Source: Actinomycetes bacterium (GTDB taxonomy: Bacteria > Actinomycetota > Actinomycetes > S36-B12 > UBA10799). From it: DNA of 48,513 nucleotides. The DNA lies in assembly GCA_037133175.1 (NCBI GenBank), contig JBAXOQ010000001.1, forward strand, positions 1 to 48,513, read 5' to 3'. The position numbers were made by a program, and so were the translations under genes. The notes beneath the pieces were generated by a model. The model was not told the DNA's origin, did not search any database, and saw only the letters and a list, made by a program, of their open reading frames with translations. How positions within the stretch are numbered: the stretch's first letter is position 1; each line of letters opens with the position of its first letter. Shown here piece by piece: positions 1 to 9,174 of the stretch.

Positions 1-501
1 GGAAACTCGCTAGTTTTCTTTTATGCTCGAACGATCCCCGGACCGGCTCCGGCGGCGCCGCCTCGCTGCGCTCGGGGCGCCTTGGGAGCCTGTCGCTCGC
101 TGACGCTCGCGGGGGATCGCTCGCACAAGGCAACTACCAGTGGTCGGCCGTCGGCGGTGGTGACGGGTGTGGTTGGTGGGTTGGCCGTGGTGGGTGGTGC
201 CGGGTGAGCGTGGCTGGGGTTTGAGACCGGCTTCGCCGGTCGGCTGCCGCGTCGCGCTGTTGCGCTCGGAGGAATCCCGAAATTGGCTGCTGAGTTTCAG
301 TTAGCTGGTGGTTTGTGGCCCGCCGGGGCACCTTTCGACCGACTAACACGAATCCACCGATCACCGTCTTGGACGTTGGCCGTGCTGGCGCTCGCGGGAC
401 CGCTGGTCTTCTCGTTGGGTTCGCGCGGTAGCGTGCCTGCCATGGATTCGGCGCGCCGCTTGGGGTGCGGGGCCGACTGATGCGAGAAGGCAGGTTCAAC
501 T

Positions 502-1311
502 GTGGGACGTCTTGATGATCGAGTAGCAATTGTCACCGGTGGCGGGCGAGGGATCGGTAGGGCTACGTGTTTGCGGTTGGCCCGAGACGGCGCCAGCGTC
601 GTCGTCAACGATATTGATGCGGCGCCAGCCGACGAGACCGTGGAACTGATTGTTGCCGAGGGCGGCAAGGCCATCGCGGTGGTGGCCAACACGGTTGATT
701 TCGCGCAGGCCCAGAAGTTGGTGGAGGCTGCGGTTGCCGCCTTCGGCAAGCTCGATATCGTCGTGAACAATGCCGGCGTCACCAGGGACAAGATGTTCCA
801 CGGGCTGGACGACGAACTGTTCGACTTCGTACTCGATGCCAACCTCAAGACAGGTTTCCACACGACCCTGGCGGCCATGCCCTACCTGCGGCAGGTTGCC
901 AAGGACGAGATCGCCGCGAATGGCGCGCCTGCCTACAACCGCAAGATTGTCTTCACCTCCAGTGTGGCCGCGCTGATGGGCAATCCGGGACAGTACAACT
1001 ACACCGCCGCCAAGGGCGCGGTCATCGCCACCACCAAAACCCTGGCCCGGGAGTTGGGTGCCTTCGGTATCAACGTGAATGCCGTCGCCCCCGGCTTTGT
1101 CGAGACGCGGCTGACGGCGGCCAAGGCGCCCGGAAACGAACTCGGCATTCCCGAGGAGATGCGCCAGATGGCCAGAATGTTGATCTCGCTTGGGCGTTTG
1201 GGAGAGCCGGAGGACATCGCCAACGTGACGGCATTCCTGTGCTCGTCGGATTCCGATTTCGTGTCCGGCGTCACCATCCCGGTGACCGGCGGCCAGTTGG
1301 GCGGCATGTAG
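502..1311 (+). CDS. Short-chain dehydrogenase/reductase, FabG-like (3-oxoacyl-ACP reductase family)
   Basis: 269-aa ORF with GTG start. Rossmann motif VTGGGRGIG, NNAG, and catalytic YNYTAAK (YxxxK). Its stop lies 2 nt before the next gene. Confidence 0.8.
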   Translation: MGRLDDRVAIVTGGGRGIGRATCLRLARDGASVVVNDIDAAPADETVELIVAEGGKAIAVVANTVDFAQAQKLVEAAVAAFGKLDIVVNNAGVTRDKMFHGLDDELFDFVLDANLKTGFHTTLAAMPYLRQVAKDEIAANGAPAYNRKIVFTSSVAALMGNPGQYNYTAAKGAVIATTKTLARELGAFGINVNAVAPGFVETRLTAAKAPGNELGIPEEMRQMARMLISLGRLGEPEDIANVTAFLCSSDSDFVSGVTIPVTGGQLGGM

Positions 1312-1313
1312 CG

Positions 1314-1775
1314 GTGGCGATCAACCGGGACTTCATCGGCAGGTCCTATCGCTCATCCACCAGCTACCTGGTGGGTCGTGAGAAGGTCCGCGAGTTTGCT
1401 GGCGCAATCGGGGACAACAACCCGGTCTTCCATGATGTCGAGGTTGCTCGTTCGCTCGGCTACCCCGACCTGGTGGCTCCTCCGACATTCGCGTTTGTCA
1501 TCACCTACCGCGCAATGATCGAAACAATCGGCGATCCGGCGCTGAATCTGGACTACGGCAGGGTGGTGCACGGAGAGGAGAGCTTCACCTACCGGCGCCC
1601 GCTGTACGTGGGGGATGAAGTCATCGTTGACTCGACGATCGAGGACATTGCCACGGCCGGCCGAAACGAGCTGATCAACTTGCGGCAGGACGTGTCCACG
1701 CTAGACGGGGAACTGATCGCCACTACCCACAACGTCACGGTCTCGCGTGGCACTGCGCCGAAATCGGAGGCCTGA
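1314..1775 (+). CDS. MaoC/hotdog-fold dehydratase subunit lacking the hydratase motif (HadA/HadC-like)
   Basis: In-frame GTG at 1314, 2 nt after the SDR stop. The ORF-track start at 1239 would overlap the SDR by 73 nt. N-terminus VAINRDFIGRSY...VGREKVREFAGAIGDNNPVFHD is typical of the non-catalytic partner of heterodimeric (3R)-hydroxyacyl dehydratases. Confidence 0.65.
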   Translation: MAINRDFIGRSYRSSTSYLVGREKVREFAGAIGDNNPVFHDVEVARSLGYPDLVAPPTFAFVITYRAMIETIGDPALNLDYGRVVHGEESFTYRRPLYVGDEVIVDSTIEDIATAGRNELINLRQDVSTLDGELIATTHNVTVSRGTAPKSEA

Positions 1776-1778
1776 ACG

Positions 1779-2213
1779 ATGGCACCTGTTGTGACGCCGC
1801 GCTTTGATGCGGTCCGAGTCGGTGACGTGCTGCCGGCCCAGCGTTTCCCTGTTCAGCGGATCAATCTGATCATGTATGCCGGCGCGTCCGGCGACTTCAA
1901 TCCGATCCACTGGAACGAACGGTTCGCCAAGTTCGTAGGGCTGCCCGACGTGATTGCTCAGGGGATGTTCACGATGGCCGAGGCCGGCCGCGTACTGACC
2001 GATTTTGCTGGGGATCCGGCGCGTGTGGTTCATTTCGGGGTTCGGTTCACCCGACCGGTGGTGGTTCCGGACGACGATATCGGCGCCGTCGTGGAGGTGT
2101 CCGGCGAGGTCGTGGACAAGCGTGACGACGGCACGGTGGTCATTGATCTGACAGCCACTTGTGGCGAGGACGTAGTGCTTGGCAAGGCGACCGGTGTTGT
2201 GCGGTTGTCTTAG
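1779..2213 (+). CDS. MaoC-like (R)-specific hydratase/dehydratase, catalytic subunit (HadB-like)
   Basis: 144 aa. Hydratase-2 motif YAGASGDFNPIHWN. Start lies 3 nt after the upstream stop. Confidence 0.75.
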   Translation: MAPVVTPRFDAVRVGDVLPAQRFPVQRINLIMYAGASGDFNPIHWNERFAKFVGLPDVIAQGMFTMAEAGRVLTDFAGDPARVVHFGVRFTRPVVVPDDDIGAVVEVSGEVVDKRDDGTVVIDLTATCGEDVVLGKATGVVRLS

Positions 2214-2228
2214 GACGGTGCGCTCTTC

Positions 2229-3359
2229 GTGACCGGTCCGCCTAGCGCGGCGGACCCGGTGTCCGCCCTGATTTCCGCTGGCATAGCGCCGACGGACATC
2301 CGGCGGGCCGTTCCGCTCGCGCCGTTGACCACGTTGGGGGTGGGTGGACCGGCCAGCACACTCGTGCGGGTAAGCGCCGAGTCCGAGCTGGTGGCAGCTG
2401 TCAGCGTCTGCGATTCGGCACACCAGCCGCTGTTCTTGCTTGGCGGCGGCAGCAATGTTGTGGTTGGCGACGCCGGATTCGACGGCACCGTCGTCCAGGT
2501 GGCCACTCGCGGCCTCTCGGACACCAGAGACGGTGACGACGTTCGGGTCGTCGCCGCGGCAGGGGAGGGCTGGGACCGCGTCGTTGCACACGCGGTCGAG
2601 AACTGCTGGTCCGGCATCGAGGCGCTGTCCGGAATACCTGGTTCGGTGGGCGCGACTCCGATCCAGAACGTCGGTGCCTACGGTCGCGAGGTCGCCGAGG
2701 TGATCACTTCGGTGACTGCGCTCGACCGGCGATCGCGCCGGTGCGTGACGCTGGCCGCTCGAGAGTGTGGATTCGGCTACCGGTCGAGTCGCTTCAAAGA
2801 GGAACCCGGTCGGTGGGTGATTCTGTCCGTCACGTTGCGTCTGGCGGCCGATGCGCTGTCGGCTCCGGTGTTGTACGCGGACTTGGCAGATCGGTTGGGG
2901 ATAGCAGTCGGCGAGCGGTCGGCGTCGGCCCAGGTTCGTCGGGCTGTTCTGGATGTGCGCAGATCCAAAGGGATGGTGCTGGACGCCGGGGATCGCGACA
3001 CTTGGAGCGTCGGATCATTCTTCACCAATCCGACGGTGCCGCGGCAGGTGGCTGACTCGCTGCCGTCAGCGTGCCCACGCTGGCCGGTGCCGCCTGCAAC
3101 TTCGACGGGCAGCTCGGAGTCGGTCAAGCTCAGTGCTGCCTGGCTTATCAGTAACGCCGGCTTCGAGCGGGGTTACCCGAACGTTCCAGACGCGCGGGCC
3201 GCCCTGTCGTCCAAGCATTCTCTGGCCATCACCAATCGCGGCGGGGCGAGCGCAACGGACGTGATCACACTGGCTCGGCAGGTTCGGGACGGCGTGCTGG
3301 CCGCCACTGGAATAACGCTCGTCGCTGAACCCAACTTCGTGAACGTGGCAGGGCTGTAG
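2229..3359 (+). CDS. murB: UDP-N-acetylenolpyruvoylglucosamine reductase
   Basis: 376 aa. FAD-binding N-terminal region (TLGVGGPA, LFLLGGGSNVVV) and MurB C-terminal motifs (GSFFTNP, KLSAAWLI). Confidence 0.85.
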   Translation: MTGPPSAADPVSALISAGIAPTDIRRAVPLAPLTTLGVGGPASTLVRVSAESELVAAVSVCDSAHQPLFLLGGGSNVVVGDAGFDGTVVQVATRGLSDTRDGDDVRVVAAAGEGWDRVVAHAVENCWSGIEALSGIPGSVGATPIQNVGAYGREVAEVITSVTALDRRSRRCVTLAARECGFGYRSSRFKEEPGRWVILSVTLRLAADALSAPVLYADLADRLGIAVGERSASAQVRRAVLDVRRSKGMVLDAGDRDTWSVGSFFTNPTVPRQVADSLPSACPRWPVPPATSTGSSESVKLSAAWLISNAGFERGYPNVPDARAALSSKHSLAITNRGGASATDVITLARQVRDGVLAATGITLVAEPNFVNVAGL

Positions 3360-3525
3360 CAGTCGATTCGACCCATCCGCGGTGCTCGCCGCTTGGGTGA
3401 GTGCGCGTCCCACCCAGACTCGCCGCGAATCGAAGGAGAGCGCCCCCGATCGGAAACATGCGTGCTCCCGTCATCCAGATGTTGATAACCCGGGCCTCAC
3501 CGGCGCTGCCGACTACTCTGAAGTC

Positions 3526-3933
3526 ATGGCTGAACTGGACTATGCGTTCCTGGCGGATTTTGCGAGAGTCGATCCGAATGGAACGCTGACGGCGATCGGC
3601 GCGAGTTGGACGTTCGTGCACGCGGACCTGCTCCCGTCTGTTCACCGTATGGCCGTGGCGGGACGCATCCGAGCGAAGAAGGAAGCCGGTCCGGTTGTGA
3701 TTCGTGTTGCGATTCATGGTCCGGGCGATGCGTTCACGCTGGCGGCAGACAGCGAAATCGCAGCCTCCCCTGCGACTCGACCTTATGGGTCCGGACTTGT
3801 GGGGCATCTCTTCGCTTGGAATCTTGAGGTCCCGCTGCCCAACGAGGGTGTCTATAGCATCTACATAGATGTCGACGGAGAGCGTGCCAGGCGCCTCGCG
3901 TTCGAGGTGGTTCGCTCAGCAGATCAACGATGA
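3526..3933 (+). CDS. Hypothetical small protein (135 aa), family not confidently recognised
   Basis: ATG at 3526 chosen because the upstream 48 codons of the 3382 ORF look non-protein-like. TACTCT (-10-like, 3514-3519) sits 6 nt upstream and there is no SD, so the mRNA may be leaderless. Its stop overlaps the next start (ATGA at 3930-3933). GC is lower than in the flanking genes. Confidence 0.5.
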   Translation: MAELDYAFLADFARVDPNGTLTAIGASWTFVHADLLPSVHRMAVAGRIRAKKEAGPVVIRVAIHGPGDAFTLAADSEIAASPATRPYGSGLVGHLFAWNLEVPLPNEGVYSIYIDVDGERARRLAFEVVRSADQR

Positions 3934-4181
3934 GGCTCGTCATTCGAGGTCATCCACTGGAGAGGATGCGGGATCGGGGTGTGACTCGAGAAGACATCGA
4001 GAACGCAATTCGTAATCACCATTCCTCGTGGTCGACTCAACAAGGAGGCATCCAGTACATTGGTCCTGCCTGCAGTGGGGACGACTTGAAGGTCTGGGTA
4101 CTGCCTCCGGGCTACTGTGACGATAACGCGACGATCATCGTGAAGTCGGTGGCATGGAAAGGCGGGGAGGATTCCTCATGA
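3930..4181 (+). CDS. DUF4258-like small protein (putative toxin-type component)
   Basis: 83 aa. N-terminal H-x3-RM-x2-RG-x3-ED-x5-I pattern (GHPLERMRDRGVTREDIENAI), as I recall for DUF4258. ATGA overlaps at both ends. Confidence 0.55.
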   Translation: MRLVIRGHPLERMRDRGVTREDIENAIRNHHSSWSTQQGGIQYIGPACSGDDLKVWVLPPGYCDDNATIIVKSVAWKGGEDSS

Positions 4182-4495
4182 GTGTCACGATCGAGGTGGA
4201 CACGGTGCTACGTTGCGCTTACATCAGGCTGTCCAACGAGGATGTCGTCCGGACGATTGAGGTGAATGATTGCGTGCAGGTCGATCTGGACCGCTTTGGA
4301 GTAGCCGTCGGCATTGAGGTCCTTGACGATCATGCCCCGCTGCCCTTCGAGCAACTCACCAAGTTTCACGTGCGCAGTGAGGCCATTGAACTGCTCCGTC
4401 TGATTCGGCCGGATGTCGGAACGTTTATCACGTTCACGTCCGGACATGACGGCTTCTCAGACATACACGGAGGCACAAGCCTCACCTTGGTGTAG
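4178..4495 (+). CDS. DUF2283-like small protein (putative antitoxin-type component)
   Basis: 105 aa from ATG 4178 with SD GGGGAGG at 4164-4170. Overlaps the upstream stop (ATGA). Motif AYIRLSNEDVVRTIEVNDCVQVDLDRFGVAVGIEVLD resembles the DUF2283 core. Confidence 0.55.
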   Translation: MSVTIEVDTVLRCAYIRLSNEDVVRTIEVNDCVQVDLDRFGVAVGIEVLDDHAPLPFEQLTKFHVRSEAIELLRLIRPDVGTFITFTSGHDGFSDIHGGTSLTLV

Positions 4496-4537
4496 TAGGT
4501 CTCGCTCCACGGGACCACAGACTGGCGGCGAGCCGCT

Positions 4538-5743
4538 CTACTCGGCTTCGGACAGCAGCGTGGCGATTCGGCCCACGCCTTCGACCAAGTCGGCGTCCGA
4601 CAGCGCGTAGGACAGCCGCAGATAGCCGGGCGTCCCGAACGCCTCCCCTGGGACCACCGCAACTTCGACCTCGTCGAGAATCAGCGAAGCGAGTTCAGCA
4701 GAGGACTGCGGCCGCGTTCCCCGGATGTTCTTGCCCAGCACGCCCTTGACCGAGGGGTACGCGTAGAACGCGCCCTGCGGCTCGACGCACTCGACTCCGG
4801 GGATCTCGTTGAGCATCCGGAGGATCATCTGGCGGCGGCGGTCGAACGCTTCCCGCATCATCTCGACCGCGGTCAGATCCCCGCTGACGGCTGCCAGCGC
4901 CGCCATCTGCGACACGTTCGCCACGTTCGAGGTGGCGTGGGACTGCAGGTTGGTGGCGGCCTTGATGACGTCGACCGGCCCGATGACCCAGCCGACCCGC
5001 CAACCGGTCATGGCGTAGGTCTTGGCCACACCGTTCACCACGACGCAGTGATCTGCCAACGCGGGCACCAGTACGGGCATCGAAGAGAACACCGCATCGC
5101 CGTACACCAGGTGCTCGTAGATTTCGTCAGTCACCACCCACAGTCCGTGCTCAACTGCCCACTCGCCAATCGCCTTGACCAGTTCGGGTGGGTACACCGC
5201 GCCCGTCGGGTTGGACGGCGACACGAACACCAGCAGTTTGGTCCGCGGAGTGCGGTACGCCTCAAGCTGTTCGACGGTGGCCAGGAATCCGGTCGACTCG
5301 TCGGTGGGAACCTCCACCGGGACTCCGCCGGCAAGGCGGATGGATTCGGGGTAGGTGGTCCAGTAGGGGGCTGGCATCAGTGCCTCGTCGCCCGGGTCGA
5401 GCAGTGCCGCGAAGGTGTTGTACAGGGCCTGCTTTCCGCCGTTGGTGACCAGGACCTGCGCAGCGGTGACCTCGTAGCCCGAGTCTCTCTTGGTCTTGGC
5501 AGCGATTGCCTCTTTGAGTTTGGGCAGGCCACCGGCGGGGGTGTACTTGTGCATCGCGGGGTCGGCGCAAGCTGCCACCGCAGCCTTCACGATGTATTCG
5601 GGGGTGGGGAAGTCCGGTTCTCCAGCCCCGAAGCCGATCACCGGGCGCCCTGCCGCCTTGAGGGCCTTGGCCTTCGCGTCGACCGCCAGCGTGGCTGACT
5701 CGGCGATTGATCCGATTCGTTGAGAGATGCGCGTTGAACTCAT
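4538..5743 (-). CDS. aspC: Aspartate/aromatic aminotransferase, PLP-dependent class I
   Basis: 401 aa from ATG 5743 ([13 protein letters not shown]...). SPSNPTG and the PLP-lysine motif [12 protein letters not shown]. Divergent from tRNA-Trp/secE, as in other actinobacteria. Confidence 0.85.
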   Translation of the reverse strand: MSSTRISQRIGSIAESATLAVDAKAKALKAAGRPVIGFGAGEPDFPTPEYIVKAAVAACADPAMHKYTPAGGLPKLKEAIAAKTKRDSGYEVTAAQVLVTNGGKQALYNTFAALLDPGDEALMPAPYWTTYPESIRLAGGVPVEVPTDESTGFLATVEQLEAYRTPRTKLLVFVSPSNPTGAVYPPELVKAIGEWAVEHGLWVVTDEIYEHLVYGDAVFSSMPVLVPALADHCVVVNGVAKTYAMTGWRVGWVIGPVDVIKAATNLQSHATSNVANVSQMAALAAVSGDLTAVEMMREAFDRRRQMILRMLNEIPGVECVEPQGAFYAYPSVKGVLGKNIRGTRPQSSAELASLILDEVEVAVVPGEAFGTPGYLRLSYALSDADLVEGVGRIATLLSEAE

Positions 5744-5952
5744 GCCACGAGTATCCCACTTTTGTGGTCCAGGGCTGACCGCCAGCACTGGTCAACATCT
5801 CGGCGGCGGCGATTTCTGCAGAATATCGGCGGTATTTGGACCGGGGCGGAGGCGCTGGCACACCGATGCGCTTAGAATTAGCGTCGATCGGTGTTTCGTC
5901 ACCTGTGCGCTAGCGTGCTCATCGTTGGGGTGCCGGTGGTGAAATGCCTCGA

Positions 5953-6025
5953 AGGGCTGTAGCTCAATTGGTAGAGTAACGGTCTCCAAAACCGTCGGTT
6001 GGGGGTTCGACTCCCTCCAGCCCTG
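5953..6025 (+). tRNA. trpT: tRNA-Trp (anticodon CCA)
   Basis: 73-nt cloverleaf folded by hand. Acceptor AGGGCTG/CAGCCCT, D arm GCTC..GAGT, anticodon stem ACGGT/ACCGT with loop CTCCAAA, T arm GGGGG-TTCGACT-CCCTC. No encoded 3' CCA. Sits in the classical position upstream of secE. Confidence 0.92.
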
Positions 6026-6260
6026 CGTACGCAGGAGATCTGGGCCGAGTTTTCTGGCAGCACATGTCAGATTGCCGGGCCAGATGGTTAGACCGGGTGC
6101 CATCGGATCGTTCGGTGGCAATTCGGAGCAAGGCAGCAAGACGAGGCGAGATGGACGACTTCGGTCTCGCCGAAATCTCGATGATGGACAGCACCACGAA
6201 GAGCGGGTGACAACTCGTTCATGACCAGAAGAACACGACCACAAGCAAGCGGAGGACTGC

Positions 6261-6584
6261 GTGAGCGACGCTGACACGACGCCTGAGCTCGGGTCCGGTG
6301 ACGACCCCGAGCCGAAGGTATCCAGGGCGCAGCGCAAGGCTGAGCTCAAGGTCGCGAAGGACAACAAGAAGGCGAAGAAGGCCGCCGAGGGCGGCATGTT
6401 CGCCCGGTGGGCGCTGTTCTTCCGGCAGACCGTTGCCGAGTTGCGGAAGGTCATCTGGCCGACCAGGAAAGAACTGATCAACTACACCTGGGTGGTCCTG
6501 GTGTTCATCACTGTGATGGCCGTGATCATCGGCGCATTCGATGTGGTGTTCGCCAAGGGAGTGCTCATGGTCTTTGGTTCATGA
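6261..6584 (+). CDS. secE: Preprotein translocase subunit SecE
   Basis: 107 aa. Basic N-terminal extension, conserved ELRKVIWPTRKEL, and a single C-terminal TM helix. Synteny with nusG. Confidence 0.85.
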   Translation: MSDADTTPELGSGDDPEPKVSRAQRKAELKVAKDNKKAKKAAEGGMFARWALFFRQTVAELRKVIWPTRKELINYTWVVLVFITVMAVIIGAFDVVFAKGVLMVFGS

Positions 6585-6641
6585 CAATCGCCCGACGCAC
6601 GCACGGTACATTTGATCAAGCAATAGATTCGCAAACTACGA

Positions 6642-7682
6642 GTGAGGACTGACGTGTCCGACGTCCCCCGCCGCCCGGAAGATGACACCGACGGCATTGA
6701 TCCAACCAGTGAGCAGCGTGCGGCCGAATTGATCGGCGATGCGTCTGCCGACGCTGAGTTGATCGCCGAGGTTGAGGAAGCCGAGGAGTTGTTCGAGGAA
6801 GAACTGCTCGTGGAGCAACTCGATTCTCACAGCGACCTGGCCGAGGCTGAGGAAGAGGCCGAGGAGGCCGACAGCGAGTACGAGGTCGAGGACGAGGAAG
6901 AACCCTCCGAAGACGAGGAAGAAGTCACCGCCAATGCGGTGGAATTTGCATTGGCGCAGTCGGAGGTCGTGGCCGAGGCCGAGGACATCGTTGATGAGGC
7001 CGAGGACGAGATCGAAGAGTCACAAGCCGAGGTTGTGCTGGCTGCCGAAACGATCGTTGATGAGGTAGAAGACTCCGAACTCGATCCGGTTGAGGCGTTT
7101 CGCCGGTCCGTTGTCGACTCCGAGGGTGATTGGTACGTCATCCACTCCTACGCTGGCTACGAGAACAAGGTCAAAACCAACCTCGAGAGCCGGATCAAGA
7201 CCCTCGACATGGAGGACTACATCTTCGAGGTGCAGGTCCCGATCGAGCACGTCACCGAGATCAAACAGGGTGTACGGAAGATCATCAAGCGCAACAAGTT
7301 CCCTGGTTATGTGCTGGTGCGGATGGAATTGACCAGCGAGTCATGGGGAGTGGTGCATCACACTCCTGGCGTGACGGGATTCGTCGGCCACGCGCATGAA
7401 CCCACTCCGTTGAGTGTTGATGAAGTCATACGGATGATTGCTCCTGAGCCTGAGGTCAAGGCCGCCCCCGCATCGGTGGGCAAGGTCGCGGAGTCGGCGC
7501 CCCGGACTGAGATCGACGTGGCTATTGGGGATTCCGTGACTGTTGTGGATGGCCCGTTCGCCACCCTGCATGCAACCATCTCAGAGATCAACATCGACGC
7601 CCAGAAGATCACCGGGATGGTTGAGATATTTGGACGCGAGACCCCCGTTGAACTGAACTTCAACCAGATCCAGAAGAATTAG
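6642..7682 (+). CDS. nusG: Transcription termination/antitermination factor NusG with a long acidic N-terminal extension
   Basis: NGN domain begins near aa 162 ([14 protein letters not shown]). C-terminal KOW ([18 protein letters not shown]). The first ~160 aa are E/D-rich low complexity. Exact start uncertain. Confidence 0.85.
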   Translation: MRTDVSDVPRRPEDDTDGIDPTSEQRAAELIGDASADAELIAEVEEAEELFEEELLVEQLDSHSDLAEAEEEAEEADSEYEVEDEEEPSEDEEEVTANAVEFALAQSEVVAEAEDIVDEAEDEIEESQAEVVLAAETIVDEVEDSELDPVEAFRRSVVDSEGDWYVIHSYAGYENKVKTNLESRIKTLDMEDYIFEVQVPIEHVTEIKQGVRKIIKRNKFPGYVLVRMELTSESWGVVHHTPGVTGFVGHAHEPTPLSVDEVIRMIAPEPEVKAAPASVGKVAESAPRTEIDVAIGDSVTVVDGPFATLHATISEINIDAQKITGMVEIFGRETPVELNFNQIQKN

Positions 7683-7740
7683 GTGCCTGTCGCTCGGGAT
7701 TCGCGAACCTTGAAGTCCTCGTGAATCCCAGTTCCAGGGC

Positions 7741-7783
7741 CAATCCAGTCCCAAAGTCAATCCAGTCCCGTAGTCAATCCAGG
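7741..7783 (+). repeat. 17-nt tandem direct repeat, about 2.5 copies (CAATCCAGTCCC-NNAGT)
   Basis: CAATCCAGTCCC occurs at 7741 and 7758, and CAATCCAGG at 7775. Lies in the nusG-rplK spacer. Confidence 0.8.
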
Positions 7784-7825
7784 CAGAATCAGTAGCGCAC
7801 CCGCGCGAGAACAGGACAGCACGTC

Positions 7826-8257
7826 ATGGCACCAAAGAAGAAAAAGAAGGTAACCGGGCTCATCAAGTTGCAGATCAATGCGGGAGCCGCCAATCCGGCA
7901 CCTCCGGTCGGTCCTGCGCTGGGCCAGCACGGTGTCAACATCATGGAGTTTTGCAAGGCCTACAACGCCGCGACCGAGTCACAGCGCGGCCAGGTCATCC
8001 CGGTCGAGATCACTGTGTATGAGGACCGGTCGTTCACCTTCATCACGAAGACTCCGCCAGCGGCGAAGCTGATCCTGAAGGCGGCCGGCGTTGAGAAAGG
8101 GTCCGGCAATCCGCTCAAGTCGGTTGCCACGATCAGCAAGTCGCAGGTCAAGGAGATCGCCGAGCTCAAGCTGCCCGACCTCAACGCCAACGACATTGAC
8201 GCCGCGATGAAGATCATTGAGGGCACCGCCCGCTCGATGGGCGTGACCGTCAAGTAA
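7826..8257 (+). CDS. rplK: 50S ribosomal protein L11
   Basis: 143 aa, [44 protein letters not shown]. Confidence 0.95.
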   Translation: MAPKKKKKVTGLIKLQINAGAANPAPPVGPALGQHGVNIMEFCKAYNAATESQRGQVIPVEITVYEDRSFTFITKTPPAAKLILKAAGVEKGSGNPLKSVATISKSQVKEIAELKLPDLNANDIDAAMKIIEGTARSMGVTVK

Positions 8258-8277
8258 CCCACGCTCTCCGACAAGCA

Positions 8278-8318
8278 CTAAGTACCTGACCAGATCTAGG
8301 TACCTGACCAGCTCTAGG
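8278..8318 (+). repeat. 18-nt tandem direct repeat, about 2.3 copies (CTARGTACCTGACCAGMT)
   Basis: Units at 8278-8295 and 8296-8313 differ at 2 positions. Partial third unit at 8314-8318. Lies in the rplK-rplA spacer. Confidence 0.8.
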
Positions 8319-8451
8319 AGACACGAAGCACCGTTCTGCAACACCCCGGCGCTCACATCGGGTGATCGTCGGGAACCAGGTGGTGGGGCCGTCCCGGTCC
8401 GAGTAGCCACATCGTCAGCCTCACAGGCGGACGCAACGAAGGGAAAGCACG

Positions 8452-9156
8452 ATGGCACATAGCAAGGCGTACCGCGCCGCCGCCGCCCAGGTGGATCAAG
8501 ACCGGCTCTACACCCCGGAAGAGGCGTTGGAACTGGTCAAGGCGACCAGCACCACGAAGTTCGACTCGACGGTGGAGGTCGCGCTGAGACTCGGGGTAGA
8601 CCCCCGCAAGTCCGATCAGATGGTGCGTGGCACGGTCAATCTGCCGCACGGCACCGGCAAGACCAAGCGGGTGCTGGTCTTTGCGACCGGTGACAAGGCT
8701 GCCGCCGCAGAGGCCGCCGGCGCCGACTACGTGGGCGCAGATGAGCTGATCGAGAAGATCAAGGGCGGTTGGATCGACTTCGATGCTGTGGTCGCCGCAC
8801 CAGAGCTCATGGGCCGAGTCGGCCAGCTGGGTAAAGTACTGGGTCCGCGCGGGTTGATGCCGAACCCCCGCACAGGTACGGTCACCCCGGATGTCGCCAA
8901 GGCCGTCGAGGAGATCAAGGGCGGCAAGATCGGGTTCCGGGTAGACAAGCACGCCAACCTGCATTTTGTGGTCGGAAAGACAACGTTCGAGACCGCAAGC
9001 CTGGTTGAGAACTACTTGGCCGCGGTGGACGAGATCGTCCGGCTGAAGCCTCCGAGCGCCAAGGGCACCTACCTGAAGAAGTCCGTTGTCTCAACCACGA
9101 TGGGCCCCGGAATTCCGGTCGACCCGACGATCACACGGCCCGTCCGGTCGAACTAG
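8452..9156 (+). CDS. rplA: 50S ribosomal protein L1
   Basis: 234 aa, [15 protein letters not shown]...[21 protein letters not shown] upstream. Confidence 0.95.
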   Translation: MAHSKAYRAAAAQVDQDRLYTPEEALELVKATSTTKFDSTVEVALRLGVDPRKSDQMVRGTVNLPHGTGKTKRVLVFATGDKAAAAEAAGADYVGADELIEKIKGGWIDFDAVVAAPELMGRVGQLGKVLGPRGLMPNPRTGTVTPDVAKAVEEIKGGKIGFRVDKHANLHFVVGKTTFETASLVENYLAAVDEIVRLKPPSAKGTYLKKSVVSTTMGPGIPVDPTITRPVRSN

Positions 9157-9174
9157 CACTCCCGTAAGGGAACA

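Noticed and set aside
152-225. A G-quadruplex in the G/T-rich tract at the window start.
   Set aside because: The GGG runs are separated by 7-12-nt loops, so the predicted stability is poor. It is noted only as a compositional feature.
283-480. 65-aa + strand ORF with one hydrophobic stretch, considered as a possible small membrane protein.
   Set aside because: It has a TTG start without an SD, no recognisable family and atypical composition. Support is insufficient.
3382-3525. The longer N-terminus of the first cassette ORF, starting at 3382.
   Set aside because: The extra 48 residues are Arg/Ser/Pro-rich and do not look like protein. The globular-looking sequence begins at the ATG at 3526. 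The start remains unverified.
5792-6481. 229-aa minus-strand ORF spanning the tRNA-Trp gene and the start of secE.
   Set aside because: It overlaps a well-folded tRNA and secE, and its composition looks like wrong-frame translation.
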